From positions 1,687,371-1,751,370 of the forward strand of contig OY282386.1 in the NCBI GenBank assembly GCA_958295945.1: a stretch of DNA of 64,000 bases, given 5' to 3'. The stretch is from Candidatus Poribacteria bacterium (lineage in GTDB: Bacteria; Poribacteria; WGA-4E; WGA-3G). Every line of letters starts with the position of its first letter. Position 1 is the stretch's first letter. The notes beneath the pieces were generated by a model. It was not told where the DNA came from and ran no database searches. It was given only the letters and a program-made list of their open reading frames with translations. The translations under genes were made by a program, and so were the position numbers. Below, one piece after another: positions 41,346 to 50,623 of this stretch.

Positions 41346-42419
41346 TTACTCGCTGTCGGATGCTTCTGGTTCTAATTCACTCAGTTTCTCAATAAGATTA
41401 TCGATCTTCGTCTCTAATTTTCCAATCCTCATCTGAAGTTTCTCAATCTCGGAATCATTGACCTTTTTTTCGGACTTAGATGGGGTTAGTGACATCACCT
41501 TTACATCACCTCCTATTATTCCAGTACTAATATGAGGTGTCGCACCCTTAATGAGTTCCATAACCTTTTTCGCTAACTCATCAGATGCAAGGTCTTCGTC
41601 TTTTGCAAGTTTGCTTATATTCTCACCTAATTCCTTAAGCCCTTTCGCATTCTTAAGCGTTTTTGTTGTTACATAAGGACCGTATGTATAAACCTGGACA
41701 TTGTCTTTGTCGTTGACAACGGATGAGTCAACCTCTATGCTCATAACAAGGTCCTGCATCTCTTCTATCAACTTATCAGAATCAAGGTCTTCATCAGAGG
41801 CAAGTTCCTTTATTTTGTCCTCTAATTCCTTAAACCCTTTTGCGTCTTTCAAGATTGTTGTGGTTGCATAGGGACCGAATTCAAGTACCATTGCTATGTC
41901 CCCATCAATGTCTGCGGCTTTGACAATCTTCATGTCATCAACAAGTTCCATTATCTTCTTCGCAATCTCATCAGAATTAAGGTTTCCATCTTCTACAAGT
42001 TTTTGGATCTTCTCCTTTAATTCCTTAATTTCTTTGGACTCATCGGAAGAATCTAATATTACCTTCGGTTCTGATATTTTAACCTTTACACCTTCTATGT
42101 CCTTGAGACTATTAGAATGTTCTTTTAACTTCTTTAATAGTGCGTCAACATCTATTTTTCTTTTGTTTAGGATTCCATCTGTGTTAAGTTCCTCAATCCC
42201 TTTGACTGCTTCGTTAACTTTATCTAAAACTTCTTTCAGCTTGTCTTCCGTTTCTACAAACTCTGTTTCTGTTTCCACATTAACTTTATCATCTTTGGAG
42301 TCTTCTGTGGATTCGGAGTTCTTTTCAGTAGATTCAGCATTTAAATGTGCAACAGGAAACGTAACCATTCCCAAAATGACCAAGGTCATGAGAATACGAA
42401 CAAACTTTTGTAATTTCAT
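41346..42419 (-). CDS. Secreted acidic hypothetical protein with three internal repeats and C-terminal coiled coil
   Basis: Signal peptide; KELxxKIxxLxxDxxLxSDxxxxxxxxL x3; GPYxTTxxLKxAKG x2. Confidence 0.8.
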   Translation of the reverse strand: MKLQKFVRILMTLVILGMVTFPVAHLNAESTEKNSESTEDSKDDKVNVETETEFVETEDKLKEVLDKVNEAVKGIEELNTDGILNKRKIDVDALLKKLKEHSNSLKDIEGVKVKISEPKVILDSSDESKEIKELKEKIQKLVEDGNLNSDEIAKKIMELVDDMKIVKAADIDGDIAMVLEFGPYATTTILKDAKGFKELEDKIKELASDEDLDSDKLIEEMQDLVMSIEVDSSVVNDKDNVQVYTYGPYVTTKTLKNAKGLKELGENISKLAKDEDLASDELAKKVMELIKGATPHISTGIIGGDVKVMSLTPSKSEKKVNDSEIEKLQMRIGKLETKIDNLIEKLSELEPEASDSE

Positions 42420-42590
42420 TGATTTTCTCCATTAAAAAGTATAGTTTTTATGTGATTAGTTTAACATTCTGTAATCAGAAAAGATTCCAGAATGATTGAT
42501 TTCTTTGGGACTTACACTGTCTTATACACTCAAGGCAAAAGATGGTTCCATTAATTTAGAAGAATTATACTGACATTTATCAGAATAGCG

Positions 42591-42845
42591 GTGCATCCAC
42601 TCTGTCGTGTCCAAGCCACAAGTCCAACATTTGGTGAGTGTCCTGTGCTCTTCTTTTCAGATATGGGAAAGGGACGCACACTCTTGGTTTTTAGGAAACC
42701 ACTCCGCACTTGTGAAGCACTCAGAATATGGTCTCAACACAACGGGATCGAACACTATTGGAGACAATTGAAATCCAGTCTGCACTTGTCCGAAAGAACC
42801 TTGATAACTATTGATTTAGGACATTTTTTGATATATATCAGTTAA
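42591..42845 (+). pseudogene. DDE transposase C-terminal remnant (IS4/IS701-like)
   Basis: WSQHNGIEHYWRQLKS resembles the Y-2-R-3-E-6-K signature; fragmentary, no RBS. Confidence 0.55.
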
Positions 42846-43068
42846 TGTTTTAATATGTTTCAATAATCAATCAAAGTAAATTTGAGGTATCATACTCAAT
42901 CGGATTTAGGCATAATTATTTTGATATGGTTTAGACAAATTAATATCATGAAAAAATAATTTGTAATGACCAACTGCTATTTTACTCTATATATGGAATT
43001 GGATAATGAGGTGGTTTTTATGTCTTGCTTTGTGTATTGTGGCGGGATTCTTGACATGGTGATTTTGA

Positions 43069-44463
43069 TTAATGTTTTTGCACAACATTAATTTTCTTCC
43101 ATGCAATAACGGCAACACCGAACAAAGCAAAACCGAAGATAGTAAATGGCATTTGCCACAGCAGAAAACTCATATGTGTATGGATGTATGAGTGTGCTTT
43201 GAAGATTACAAACCACGATATTGGAGCTAAGATTGAAAACCACGTTGTCCAAAATAATGCTTTGTATTTCTGTGAAAGTTCCTCTTTAACCCTTTTGATC
43301 TGCACAAATAGTAGAACAGATATTGCTAAAAACAGAACTATGAGATAATAATAGCGTATTTTGAATAGGTGGTTTGTGATAAATGCATTTGTTTGGGAAA
43401 GATAGTTGTTGAAATCAAAGAAAACACCATTCATGTAGGTAATGACGACCCCTATTGCTCCTGCTTCAAGACTTGCTGCATATACGGGTGGAAAGTCTTC
43501 TGCTTCTCCATAAGTCCGCTTTCCAAACGACCATATCACATGCTCAATTCCATCCATAAATCCACCCTTGACAGCACCAATCTGGTAACATAACATTATT
43601 AGACTAAATAATATTGCAACACCAGTACCGACTACTGTTGCAAACGAATATTTCAGACATTGATCTCTGTTCCATTTGTCAAGAATAGCATAGTAGATAC
43701 ACGGTGCCACCATCATTATCAGTGTTGTAGTGATGTATTCGTATCCGTTGATGAAACACTTTATGGAGACTGCAATGAAGATTAGAATACCGAACTTTAC
43801 AAACTGAAGGTTCTCTGAGTTTCTGTGGCGTTTAAGATGGTAGAGTACGACAATCATCGGTAGGTAGAACGCCCATAAACTCCACCATAGATTGCGACCA
43901 AAGACTGTCAACCATTGGGAAAGTATAACCGAACATAGGACGCATAATCCAACCCATCCACCGAATTCCTCATAGAACCAACCGATAACATAAGTGATTG
44001 CAAGTGCAGAGAATAGAGACGTTAAACCCCAAAAAATCCACAACTTGACTATAGGTGAAAATGGTATGATCTTCTCAATCAAACTGAAAATCATGCCTTG
44101 ACCACCAGGTTGTGAGTTGTAGGTTGAGAATGTATCAAAAGTATGCCCATTGAGATAGGCTATATATTGGTTAACTACCTTCTTTGTAGTTTCTGTATCA
44201 TTTTCAACTATCGTGACGAGTCCATCTCCATTCAGACCTCCAGCGGAGAGAATACCGTCCTGTCGAGATTTGACCATTCTTCCCATTATATGGCCTTCAG
44301 TATCACGTTGATGATTCTTGAACCAGTTTTGTTCTGCGACTCGCCATGCATTCGTATAGAATCCTGCGAAAATTAACATGGTTGACAAAACCCATATTCT
44401 AACCTTCTTTAGATTATTTGACTTACTAAGATTTTTGAGGAGTGATGTTAGCATAATGTTCAT
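43069..44463 (-). CDS. Polytopic membrane protein, possibly GT-C (Gtr-like) glycosyltransferase
   Basis: ~10 TM segments; YNSQPGGQG, GYEYIT, HSYIHTH motifs; ATG 44463 preferred because 44477-44508 belongs to an upstream paralog relic. Confidence 0.65.
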   Translation of the reverse strand: MNIMLTSLLKNLSKSNNLKKVRIWVLSTMLIFAGFYTNAWRVAEQNWFKNHQRDTEGHIMGRMVKSRQDGILSAGGLNGDGLVTIVENDTETTKKVVNQYIAYLNGHTFDTFSTYNSQPGGQGMIFSLIEKIIPFSPIVKLWIFWGLTSLFSALAITYVIGWFYEEFGGWVGLCVLCSVILSQWLTVFGRNLWWSLWAFYLPMIVVLYHLKRHRNSENLQFVKFGILIFIAVSIKCFINGYEYITTTLIMMVAPCIYYAILDKWNRDQCLKYSFATVVGTGVAILFSLIMLCYQIGAVKGGFMDGIEHVIWSFGKRTYGEAEDFPPVYAASLEAGAIGVVITYMNGVFFDFNNYLSQTNAFITNHLFKIRYYYLIVLFLAISVLLFVQIKRVKEELSQKYKALFWTTWFSILAPISWFVIFKAHSYIHTHMSFLLWQMPFTIFGFALFGVAVIAWKKINVVQKH

Positions 44464-44508
44464 TGTGTAGAGTTTATTATGAATAATTACATCCTTTATC
44501 AATCTTAG

Positions 44509-45050
44509 GTGTCAAAACCCCGTTGCTTTAGCTCGGGGATGTAGACACCGCTCCTGTATTGTGTCAAGGAAAAGCCTTGACTTTGTTCAATAAATGTGGT
44601 ATTCTGTTCCTATCAACTGGATAGGAGAGCAATCACCTACGTTCTGTAGGTGTCCTATCCAATCCGATTGCTCGGACAGAGTTGATGTTGATAACCTCAA
44701 CAATACCACATTCGGTTGTGTTCATTGCAAGTTGTGATCCTTGCCAGTCGTTTGTGATGAGTTCTGCATTCGCTATATAGGATTGTGTAGGTGTTCCCTC
44801 CACAACTGCGAAATAAACAGAACGCAAAACTAAAGTATCTGGGTCGCTCAGTGGGGATACCTCATAAGGACCCTGTTAGTCGTGTCTTGGCGGGCACCCA
44901 CACAGTTGCTGTGCAGGTCAACTTGACTTAAAATCAAGTGAGTATGCTATAAGCATATAAAAGAGGTTTCCCACACTTTCAAAAAACGGAGGGTGTCCGT
45001 GAGAAAGTGACCTAAAGGAAACCCCATCCTTTAGGTTGGGGAGCCGTCAT
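44509..45050 (+). mobile_element. Non-autonomous IS200/IS605-family element (no tnpA/tnpB)
   Basis: Left hairpin AAACCCCG-TTGCTTTAGCT-CGGGG after target TTAG; right hairpin GAAACCCCATCCTTTAGGTTGGGG ending TCAT; no TSD or TIR; excision restores the flanking reading frame. Confidence 0.88.
44577..44605 (+). promoter_or_regulatory. Internal sigma70 promoter with extended -10
   Basis: TTGACT-17 nt-TATTCT preceded by TG; -35 lies in the GTCAAGG/CCTTGAC inverted repeat. Confidence 0.65.
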
Positions 45051-45066
45051 TCCATGCTGTACAAAC
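44611..45066 (+). ncRNA. Candidate large structured RNA with a TnpB omegaRNA-like 3' part and flank-derived guide
   Basis: Dense stems seen by eye (TGGATAGGA/TCCTATCCA, CACCTAC/GTAGGTG, GTTCTG/CAGAAC, CACTTTC/GAAAGTG, ACGGA/TCCGT, TGGCGG/CCGTCA); no sense ORF; ends are inferred. Confidence 0.6.
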
Positions 45067-45327
45067 AGCAAAACCAAAAAGCGTAAACGGTATCTTTCAT
45101 AGAAGAAAACTCATGAGTATATGAACATGAGAGTGTGTCTTGAAGTTAATAAATCACGAGATGTGTGTTCTTTGATTGATTCATGCGATTAGATAGTCTA
45201 TTCAACATATAATGTAGACTTGATATGATACAATAGGTGAATGACAGTATTGAATTACTGTAAGGACATATAAAATAGAAGTTTGAAGAGCCAAACACAG
45301 TATTTTAATTTTTGAATAGAGATTTCT

Positions 45328-47397
45328 TCACCATTGATTTGCTGGAGCCATCTTCCAACCCGTTACATCAGCCTTAATATCCCCACCTTTACTGAATAGG
45401 CATATTCCAATATCTTCAGGATTATGTATTTTTCTGTCTATTACTGCTTGACGTTCATTGATAAAAACTTCCACAAGCGGTCTGTCAAGAAATATGCGTA
45501 AGTTTAAATCCTCTCCCTTTAGCAATTCGAACGGTGCCTCACCGTAAGGTTGAGAACTGCCATACGGTTTAATCTCATCATTCCCATCTCCCACCGAAAC
45601 AATCATCTTATCAGCAGAATAGAATATCTCAATCCCCTTTTTGTTGTCTTTGTTGCAGAATACTTTTACACCGTAGTCAATTGCATCAGTAGGTTTGATT
45701 GTGACACTGAGTTCAAGCGTATCACCTGAGATGTTCTTCAGTTTATATTCTTCACCGTTTTTAACTGTAATGTTGTTCTCAACTGTTTGGTTATAGCGGA
45801 GACATTCAAGCTCTCGTACTGGTTTAATTCGGACAATCCCGTCATCAGGAAGCCTCAACTCCCAAGGCAATGAGAAAACACAACTCCATAAAGTGTTACC
45901 AAGGTTAGACAGTAGGTTGGTAATAACAACTCTACGTCCATCTGGTGTTAGAAAAGTCTTCGGTGCCCAATAGATAGGTATGCCACGATAATTGTTACGC
46001 CAACTCATTCTGGTATGATATTCGGGTGTGAACTTGTCATTTTTCCATTCACCAAGATAGTATCGCGCTCCCCAACCATGACTGATAAGTAGCATCATGT
46101 GCTTGTTGCCTAGTTTGAAGAAATCGGGACAGGAATGGTCGTGATGTTCAAGTCCAGGTAATTCCTTCGTCATAAATTGACCGAGAAACTCCCAGTTTTT
46201 AAAGTCTTTTGAGCGCATGAGTGTTGTTCTTTTATACCAATTGCCAAATCCTGGACGTGTATCCTCCATAGCATGGTCACCCGTAAAAATGTAATAGTAA
46301 TCACCCTCCACCCAAGTCGTTGGATCCCAGAAAGTCCAATACTCAGCATCCCGTGCCTCTTGTGGCACATCTATCTCAATAGGTTTAGACCAGTTCTCCA
46401 AATGCTCATCTGATGCTTCAATGTAAGTTGCACGTCCACCGAATATGCCAACAAAGATAACTTTCTTACCATCTTTTGTGATAATCGTGCCACCAGTGCC
46501 ACAGCCACCACTGCCCAAGGCACAATCCCTACGCCTTCTCCAATGAACAAGGTCGGTACTAGTGAAGTGACCGAAAGCGTGTTCGTCACCCTTGTACATA
46601 TAACCGAAATGATACTGTCCTTTCCAATAGATCATAAAATTCGGATCAAATGGATAGTTTCTTTCGGAATCTCCATCGGAGTTAACCAGATGATATGTCG
46701 GACGACTTGGATCATGCATGAGTCGTTGGCGAAAATCACGAACAATACGAACTGCTTCGTTGTCCATGGTAAACATGTGTCTATCGTCGCGATCAAAAAC
46801 TATGTAATCGTCCTCTTCATTCTCCTTCACTGCTGCTCTGTTCACAAACTCAGGAAATTTTCCTACACGGTCTTCCCACCATTCATCTTGCGAGAAGTCA
46901 TACCAACTGAATGGTTGTATATCCGATGATTCATTAGGCTTTAACTTCATAATTTCTTCCTGCGTTAAAGCTTCTGCATATATTCGGACATCCTTAACTT
47001 TTCCCTTGAATGATGTAGCATAGTTAGGATTTAAATTGACACATCCAATTACGAGTTGGAGGTAAGGACTGTTTAGAAAATCAAAAGGTTCTTCAATAAT
47101 ATAGTTTGTGTACACTTCTCCATCACGATAAACGATAACAGAATTATCCTTGTAGACAGCTGCCATCATCATGAATTGTCCAAGGATGATTTCTTGTTCT
47201 GGATTCTGTGCCAGTTGCTCTGGACTTTGTGTGCGTGTGTTTTCATCACTCGCAGTAGACCACTTACCTGGAACGTCATTTCCAAAAGCAAGTGCGTCAT
47301 ATTTGTCTGCTGCTTGCACGGTAATTACGCTACAGTGTTTTGGATCTTCCTCATCAAAACAGAACCAACTAACGAGTGTCTTATTTGTTGATGTCAT
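45328..47397 (-). CDS. GH32-like glycoside hydrolase with N-terminal LamG-like domain
   Basis: RPTYHL, FDPN, H..STDLVHW, WDP, SCPDFF, SLPWEL, C-terminal LRIFLDRPLVEVFIN; ATG 47397 after GAGGAAGG. Confidence 0.88.
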   Translation of the reverse strand: MTSTNKTLVSWFCFDEEDPKHCSVITVQAADKYDALAFGNDVPGKWSTASDENTRTQSPEQLAQNPEQEIILGQFMMMAAVYKDNSVIVYRDGEVYTNYIIEEPFDFLNSPYLQLVIGCVNLNPNYATSFKGKVKDVRIYAEALTQEEIMKLKPNESSDIQPFSWYDFSQDEWWEDRVGKFPEFVNRAAVKENEEDDYIVFDRDDRHMFTMDNEAVRIVRDFRQRLMHDPSRPTYHLVNSDGDSERNYPFDPNFMIYWKGQYHFGYMYKGDEHAFGHFTSTDLVHWRRRRDCALGSGGCGTGGTIITKDGKKVIFVGIFGGRATYIEASDEHLENWSKPIEIDVPQEARDAEYWTFWDPTTWVEGDYYYIFTGDHAMEDTRPGFGNWYKRTTLMRSKDFKNWEFLGQFMTKELPGLEHHDHSCPDFFKLGNKHMMLLISHGWGARYYLGEWKNDKFTPEYHTRMSWRNNYRGIPIYWAPKTFLTPDGRRVVITNLLSNLGNTLWSCVFSLPWELRLPDDGIVRIKPVRELECLRYNQTVENNITVKNGEEYKLKNISGDTLELSVTIKPTDAIDYGVKVFCNKDNKKGIEIFYSADKMIVSVGDGNDEIKPYGSSQPYGEAPFELLKGEDLNLRIFLDRPLVEVFINERQAVIDRKIHNPEDIGICLFSKGGDIKADVTGWKMAPANQW

Positions 47398-47570
47398 TGG
47401 GACACCTTCCTCTCTGTTATATGTCTGATGCGACAATTGTTGAGGCAGCATGTAAGGTGGGTTCTTTCAGATTAAGAACTACTGTCACCGTTTTTCACCA
47501 GGTTTTCGAAATTTAGAAGAATAACTATCTCCTTCTGGATCATACGAAACTGCCACTTGTCCTTCTACTA

Positions 47571-47855
47571 CTAACAATCACGGTCCTGTCCGTACAATTG
47601 AGGTGCTTGCTCCAGTCGGAATCCGTGTCCGACAATCTGATTCAGATACCACACCAATTTTGGATGTACCAATAAGTCCCGGAAGAATTCTCGGTATGGA
47701 CTTGTCCCACCTAATAGCGTATCACTCTCTCCAATAAACTCTAATGCCTCGTTTAATGCTGCGACTTCATCTTGTGTAAGCACACTTGGAATATGTAAAT
47801 ATCCTGCTACATCAAAAGCATAATTCTCTTCATTACTCATAGTGTCATCGTCCAT
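47571..47855 (-). pseudogene. Truncated PhyH-family N-terminal fragment
   Basis: YAFDVAGYLHIPSVLTQDEV...FRDLLVHP is a PhyH N-terminus; ends in three consecutive TAG codons before any HxD motif. Confidence 0.7.
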
Positions 47856-48027
47856 TATTCCCTCCGGAAAGTGCCGATATTAGCATCTAATAGTTGGTCA
47901 TTATATCAATTGCAAACTTGACTGTCAATGAATACAACATCCTCAGGGTGTAAAGCTTTGGCAAAATATCGTACTACAATAGATGGTAAGAAGTTAGCTC
48001 AAAGAACTATACACACCCCAATTACAT

Positions 48028-48401
48028 AGGGCTTTTTAGTTTTATTAATTATCCTAAGTTGCCACCTATCATTTGTTGGAGTGGTTTCCAACCACGATTG
48101 TTATGAAGTGACACCAAAATATGCAGAAATCCTTTGTTTCTTCGTTCAATAAAGTCCTTGATGATTAATATTGTGTAGGTAGCAACTTAGGTTAATTACA
48201 GATTGTTGAGTTTTGCTAAGAGTTAGGTTTGAATTGTAACGATGCATAGTAGTAGGCACACTCCGTGTGCCGTAACCTAATCTGTGTTGACAGCACGCGG
48301 AGCGTGTCTACTACGATGTTGTGTTCACAAGCTAAATTGTATCTCAAAACCGTTAACATTGTAATGAAGGACAGCAGAAAAACCGAAAACTAAATAACCC
48401 T
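48028..48401. mobile_element. Nested MITE-like elements plus REP pair
   Basis: Outer IR AGGGCTTTTTAGTTTT/AAAACTAAATAACCCT; inner IR AATTATCCTAAGTTGCCACCTA/TAGGTAGCAACTTAGGTTAATT (48047-48197); GTAG REP pair 48249-48314. Confidence 0.7.
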
Positions 48402-48425
48402 GTTAATTACATCATATTGTTGATT

Positions 48426-48697
48426 GGGTGTGTAAAGATTTTGTCACTTGTCTGAACCAGGATTTTCAGGATTATAGGATTTTCAGGATAAGAGTCTGAA
48501 ACATCAAAATCTTATCCAAAAAATAAACTGCAACTTGGGAATATGAACTTTGGAGAGCCAAACTCATAATCCTGATAATCTACTAATCCTGAAAATCCTG
48601 GTTCAGACAAAGGCGGGGCACAGAGACCCCGCCCTACAATAGGTTACAGGTTTTTCACTTGAATTGATGCCTACGGTGACAAAAACTTTACACACCC
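48426..48697. mobile_element. MITE family D with 22-bp TIRs and 23-bp flanking direct repeats
   Basis: GGGTGTGTAAAGATTTTGTCAC ... GTGACAAAAACTTTACACACCC; TTAATTACATCATATTGTTGATT at 48403-48425 and 48698-48720. Confidence 0.88.
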
Positions 48698-48921
48698 TTA
48701 ATTACATCATATTGTTGATTCTTCCATTAGTTTCTGCTATACTATACTTTGCAAATTAATAGTTGTATTCATTGGAATGGTATTTCTCTTTACAAACATC
48801 TGGTAGTTGTGATAATATATTTGAGGTAATTGTATAAAAGAATTCGTAGAGAAACAATACGACATCAACAAAAAACAAACAGATAATATGACTGCTTCCA
48901 CCTAATGACAGTGTATGCAAT

Positions 48922-49764
48922 TTGGTGATAAAGTTGATTGATAAGAAATTAGTTCGTCAGAAATATCTACTTCATCTTATTAGCAATCCATTTACCATTT
49001 ACCCATTTGCTGCGGGAGTACTTGGAGTTTTCGCTTCATGGGTTTTCAATTTAGAACCACAAATACTATATTTGTTTGCTGGTGCAGTCGTCGGTCTTGG
49101 GTTACCAATAGGGGCATTGATAACGAAGTGGACTTCTGGCACGGATGACATTGCAAAAAAGGTTCGTGAGGAACTGCTTCATGATGCACATCAACAGCAG
49201 GAAGAGGAACTTAACGCACTTCATCAACAATTGCTTAAAGATGGTGACCAAAGAACCGAACAGATGCTTGAAGAACTGCGGATGTTACACGAATCTTTTC
49301 AAGAAGAGGCAATGGACACAGGCTGGATGGCTTCTTTACCACTTACCGTAAGTGCTGAAATCGCTGGTAAAGTCTCAGATCTCTTCAATCAAGCAGTTCA
49401 ATGTCTCAAAGACACCTTGAAGATGTATGAGAAATCTAAAGATTCAAAATTGGCAACCGTCAAACGTGTATTACAGCAACACCGGGAAAAACAAATTGCT
49501 GATGTTCAGCAGACAATAGTTCAACTTACAAATCTATATGCACGTGTCATAACACTTAGTCCTGAAAGCAATGAGACAGAACTTTCACGACTTCGCTCTG
49601 AACTTGATGAAAGCCTTGCATTTGCAAAGAAAGTTGATGAACAAATACGAGAATCAACTCCTGGTATTGATGTTGATTTGTCTAAAGCGAACTCTTCATT
49701 TGGAGAATCAACAATTACAACGCATCAGAATGTTGCATCTACAGAAGAAAGCAATTATCAGTGA
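48922..49764 (+). CDS. Two-TM membrane protein with cytoplasmic coiled-coil domain (XpaC-like architecture)
   Basis: Hydrophobic hairpin then helical acidic domain; first gene of a co-oriented cluster; start codon uncertain. Confidence 0.75.
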   Translation: MVIKLIDKKLVRQKYLLHLISNPFTIYPFAAGVLGVFASWVFNLEPQILYLFAGAVVGLGLPIGALITKWTSGTDDIAKKVREELLHDAHQQQEEELNALHQQLLKDGDQRTEQMLEELRMLHESFQEEAMDTGWMASLPLTVSAEIAGKVSDLFNQAVQCLKDTLKMYEKSKDSKLATVKRVLQQHREKQIADVQQTIVQLTNLYARVITLSPESNETELSRLRSELDESLAFAKKVDEQIRESTPGIDVDLSKANSSFGESTITTHQNVASTEESNYQ

Positions 49765-49806
49765 ATATGATTGATATGAATCCATTTGTAACTCTGGAGG
49801 TAATCA

Positions 49807-50562
49807 ATGCAAAACGGAATCACTCGGCTATACAATGCAATTTGGTATACACAAGTTGGACGTGCCCTTGAACAGAAAGATTTAGATAAAGAAAATGCGG
49901 AAAACACACAGGATTTGTTTGCTGAAGAGCTCAACAACCGTGAAAATATTCAACCCAGTAAACGTGGACATAGTCTACTGAGTAAATCAGAAGTTTTACA
50001 CGATTCCAAAGTTAACAGCAAAACATCCGGAATAGTAACTCAGAAAATCCTTATAGATAATCTGGATGCTGTACGACAAGTTTTTGAAGACATTATCAAT
50101 GACAAAAGGAATAATATTCAACGATACAAACAAGCAATTGGTCATTTAATCGCCCTTGTTGAACAGAAAAAGAACTCACTGAAAAGCATTATAGATGATT
50201 TGGATAAGTTAGAACAGATGAAGATGGCTGTAACTGCAGAGTCCAAGAATATTTCCTTAGAACTAAAAGAATCTGGTTTATCAGATAGCGAGATAGAACA
50301 ACATCCAGATTATGCACGATGCATCAACTCATTTAATGATTTCGATTCTACCGTCAACGAGAAAAACGTTCGTGTTGACGAACTTGAACAGGATATTGAA
50401 CGTGCAAAGCAAGATATTGAATATCATAAATCTAATATCACACAACTTCACCGTGATGTAGAAAAGATAAAGACTGAACAATCTGAAGCGATCGCAGACC
50501 TTATTACTGCTCGTGAAAAAGGGAAAATTAATGAAGTTTTATCGGATATCAAAGTAGAATGA
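49807..50562 (+). CDS. PspA/IM30-like coiled-coil protein, divergent copy with N-terminal insertion and C-terminal truncation
   Basis: Strong similarity to 50624-51460 (NIQRYKQAIGxLIALVEQKKNSLK, QHPDY, KIKTEQSEA); GGAGG RBS. Confidence 0.75.
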   Translation: MQNGITRLYNAIWYTQVGRALEQKDLDKENAENTQDLFAEELNNRENIQPSKRGHSLLSKSEVLHDSKVNSKTSGIVTQKILIDNLDAVRQVFEDIINDKRNNIQRYKQAIGHLIALVEQKKNSLKSIIDDLDKLEQMKMAVTAESKNISLELKESGLSDSEIEQHPDYARCINSFNDFDSTVNEKNVRVDELEQDIERAKQDIEYHKSNITQLHRDVEKIKTEQSEAIADLITAREKGKINEVLSDIKVE

Positions 50563-50623
50563 TATTAAATCAAGAAATAACAAATTGTGAATAATCAATT
50601 CATTTCACATAGGAGGATTTACA

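Larger units (their letters stand above)
44477..45162 (-). pseudogene. 3' relic of a paralog of the 43069-44463 gene, interrupted by the IS200/IS605 derivative
   Basis: With 44509-45050 removed it reads IS*FINFKTHSHVHILMSFLL*KIPFTLFGFAVCTAWTKIDKGCNYS* versus ISWFVIFKAHSYIHTHMSFLLWQMPFTIFGFA...AWKKINV. Confidence 0.85.

Noticed and set aside
44464..44502. Extended N-terminus for the membrane protein
   Set aside because: Overlaps the 3' end of the paralog relic in another frame; ATG 44463 is more plausible
44633..44827. 64-aa minus-strand ORF inside the element
   Set aside because: TTG start without SD, no recognisable motif, antisense to the promoter and RNA structure
44509..45050. IStron (group I intron) or hammerhead ribozyme
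   Set aside because: No recognisable P7 core, flank does not end in U and element does not end in G; GTGATGA...GCAAA departs from the CUGANGA...GAAA core. Not formally excluded without Infernal
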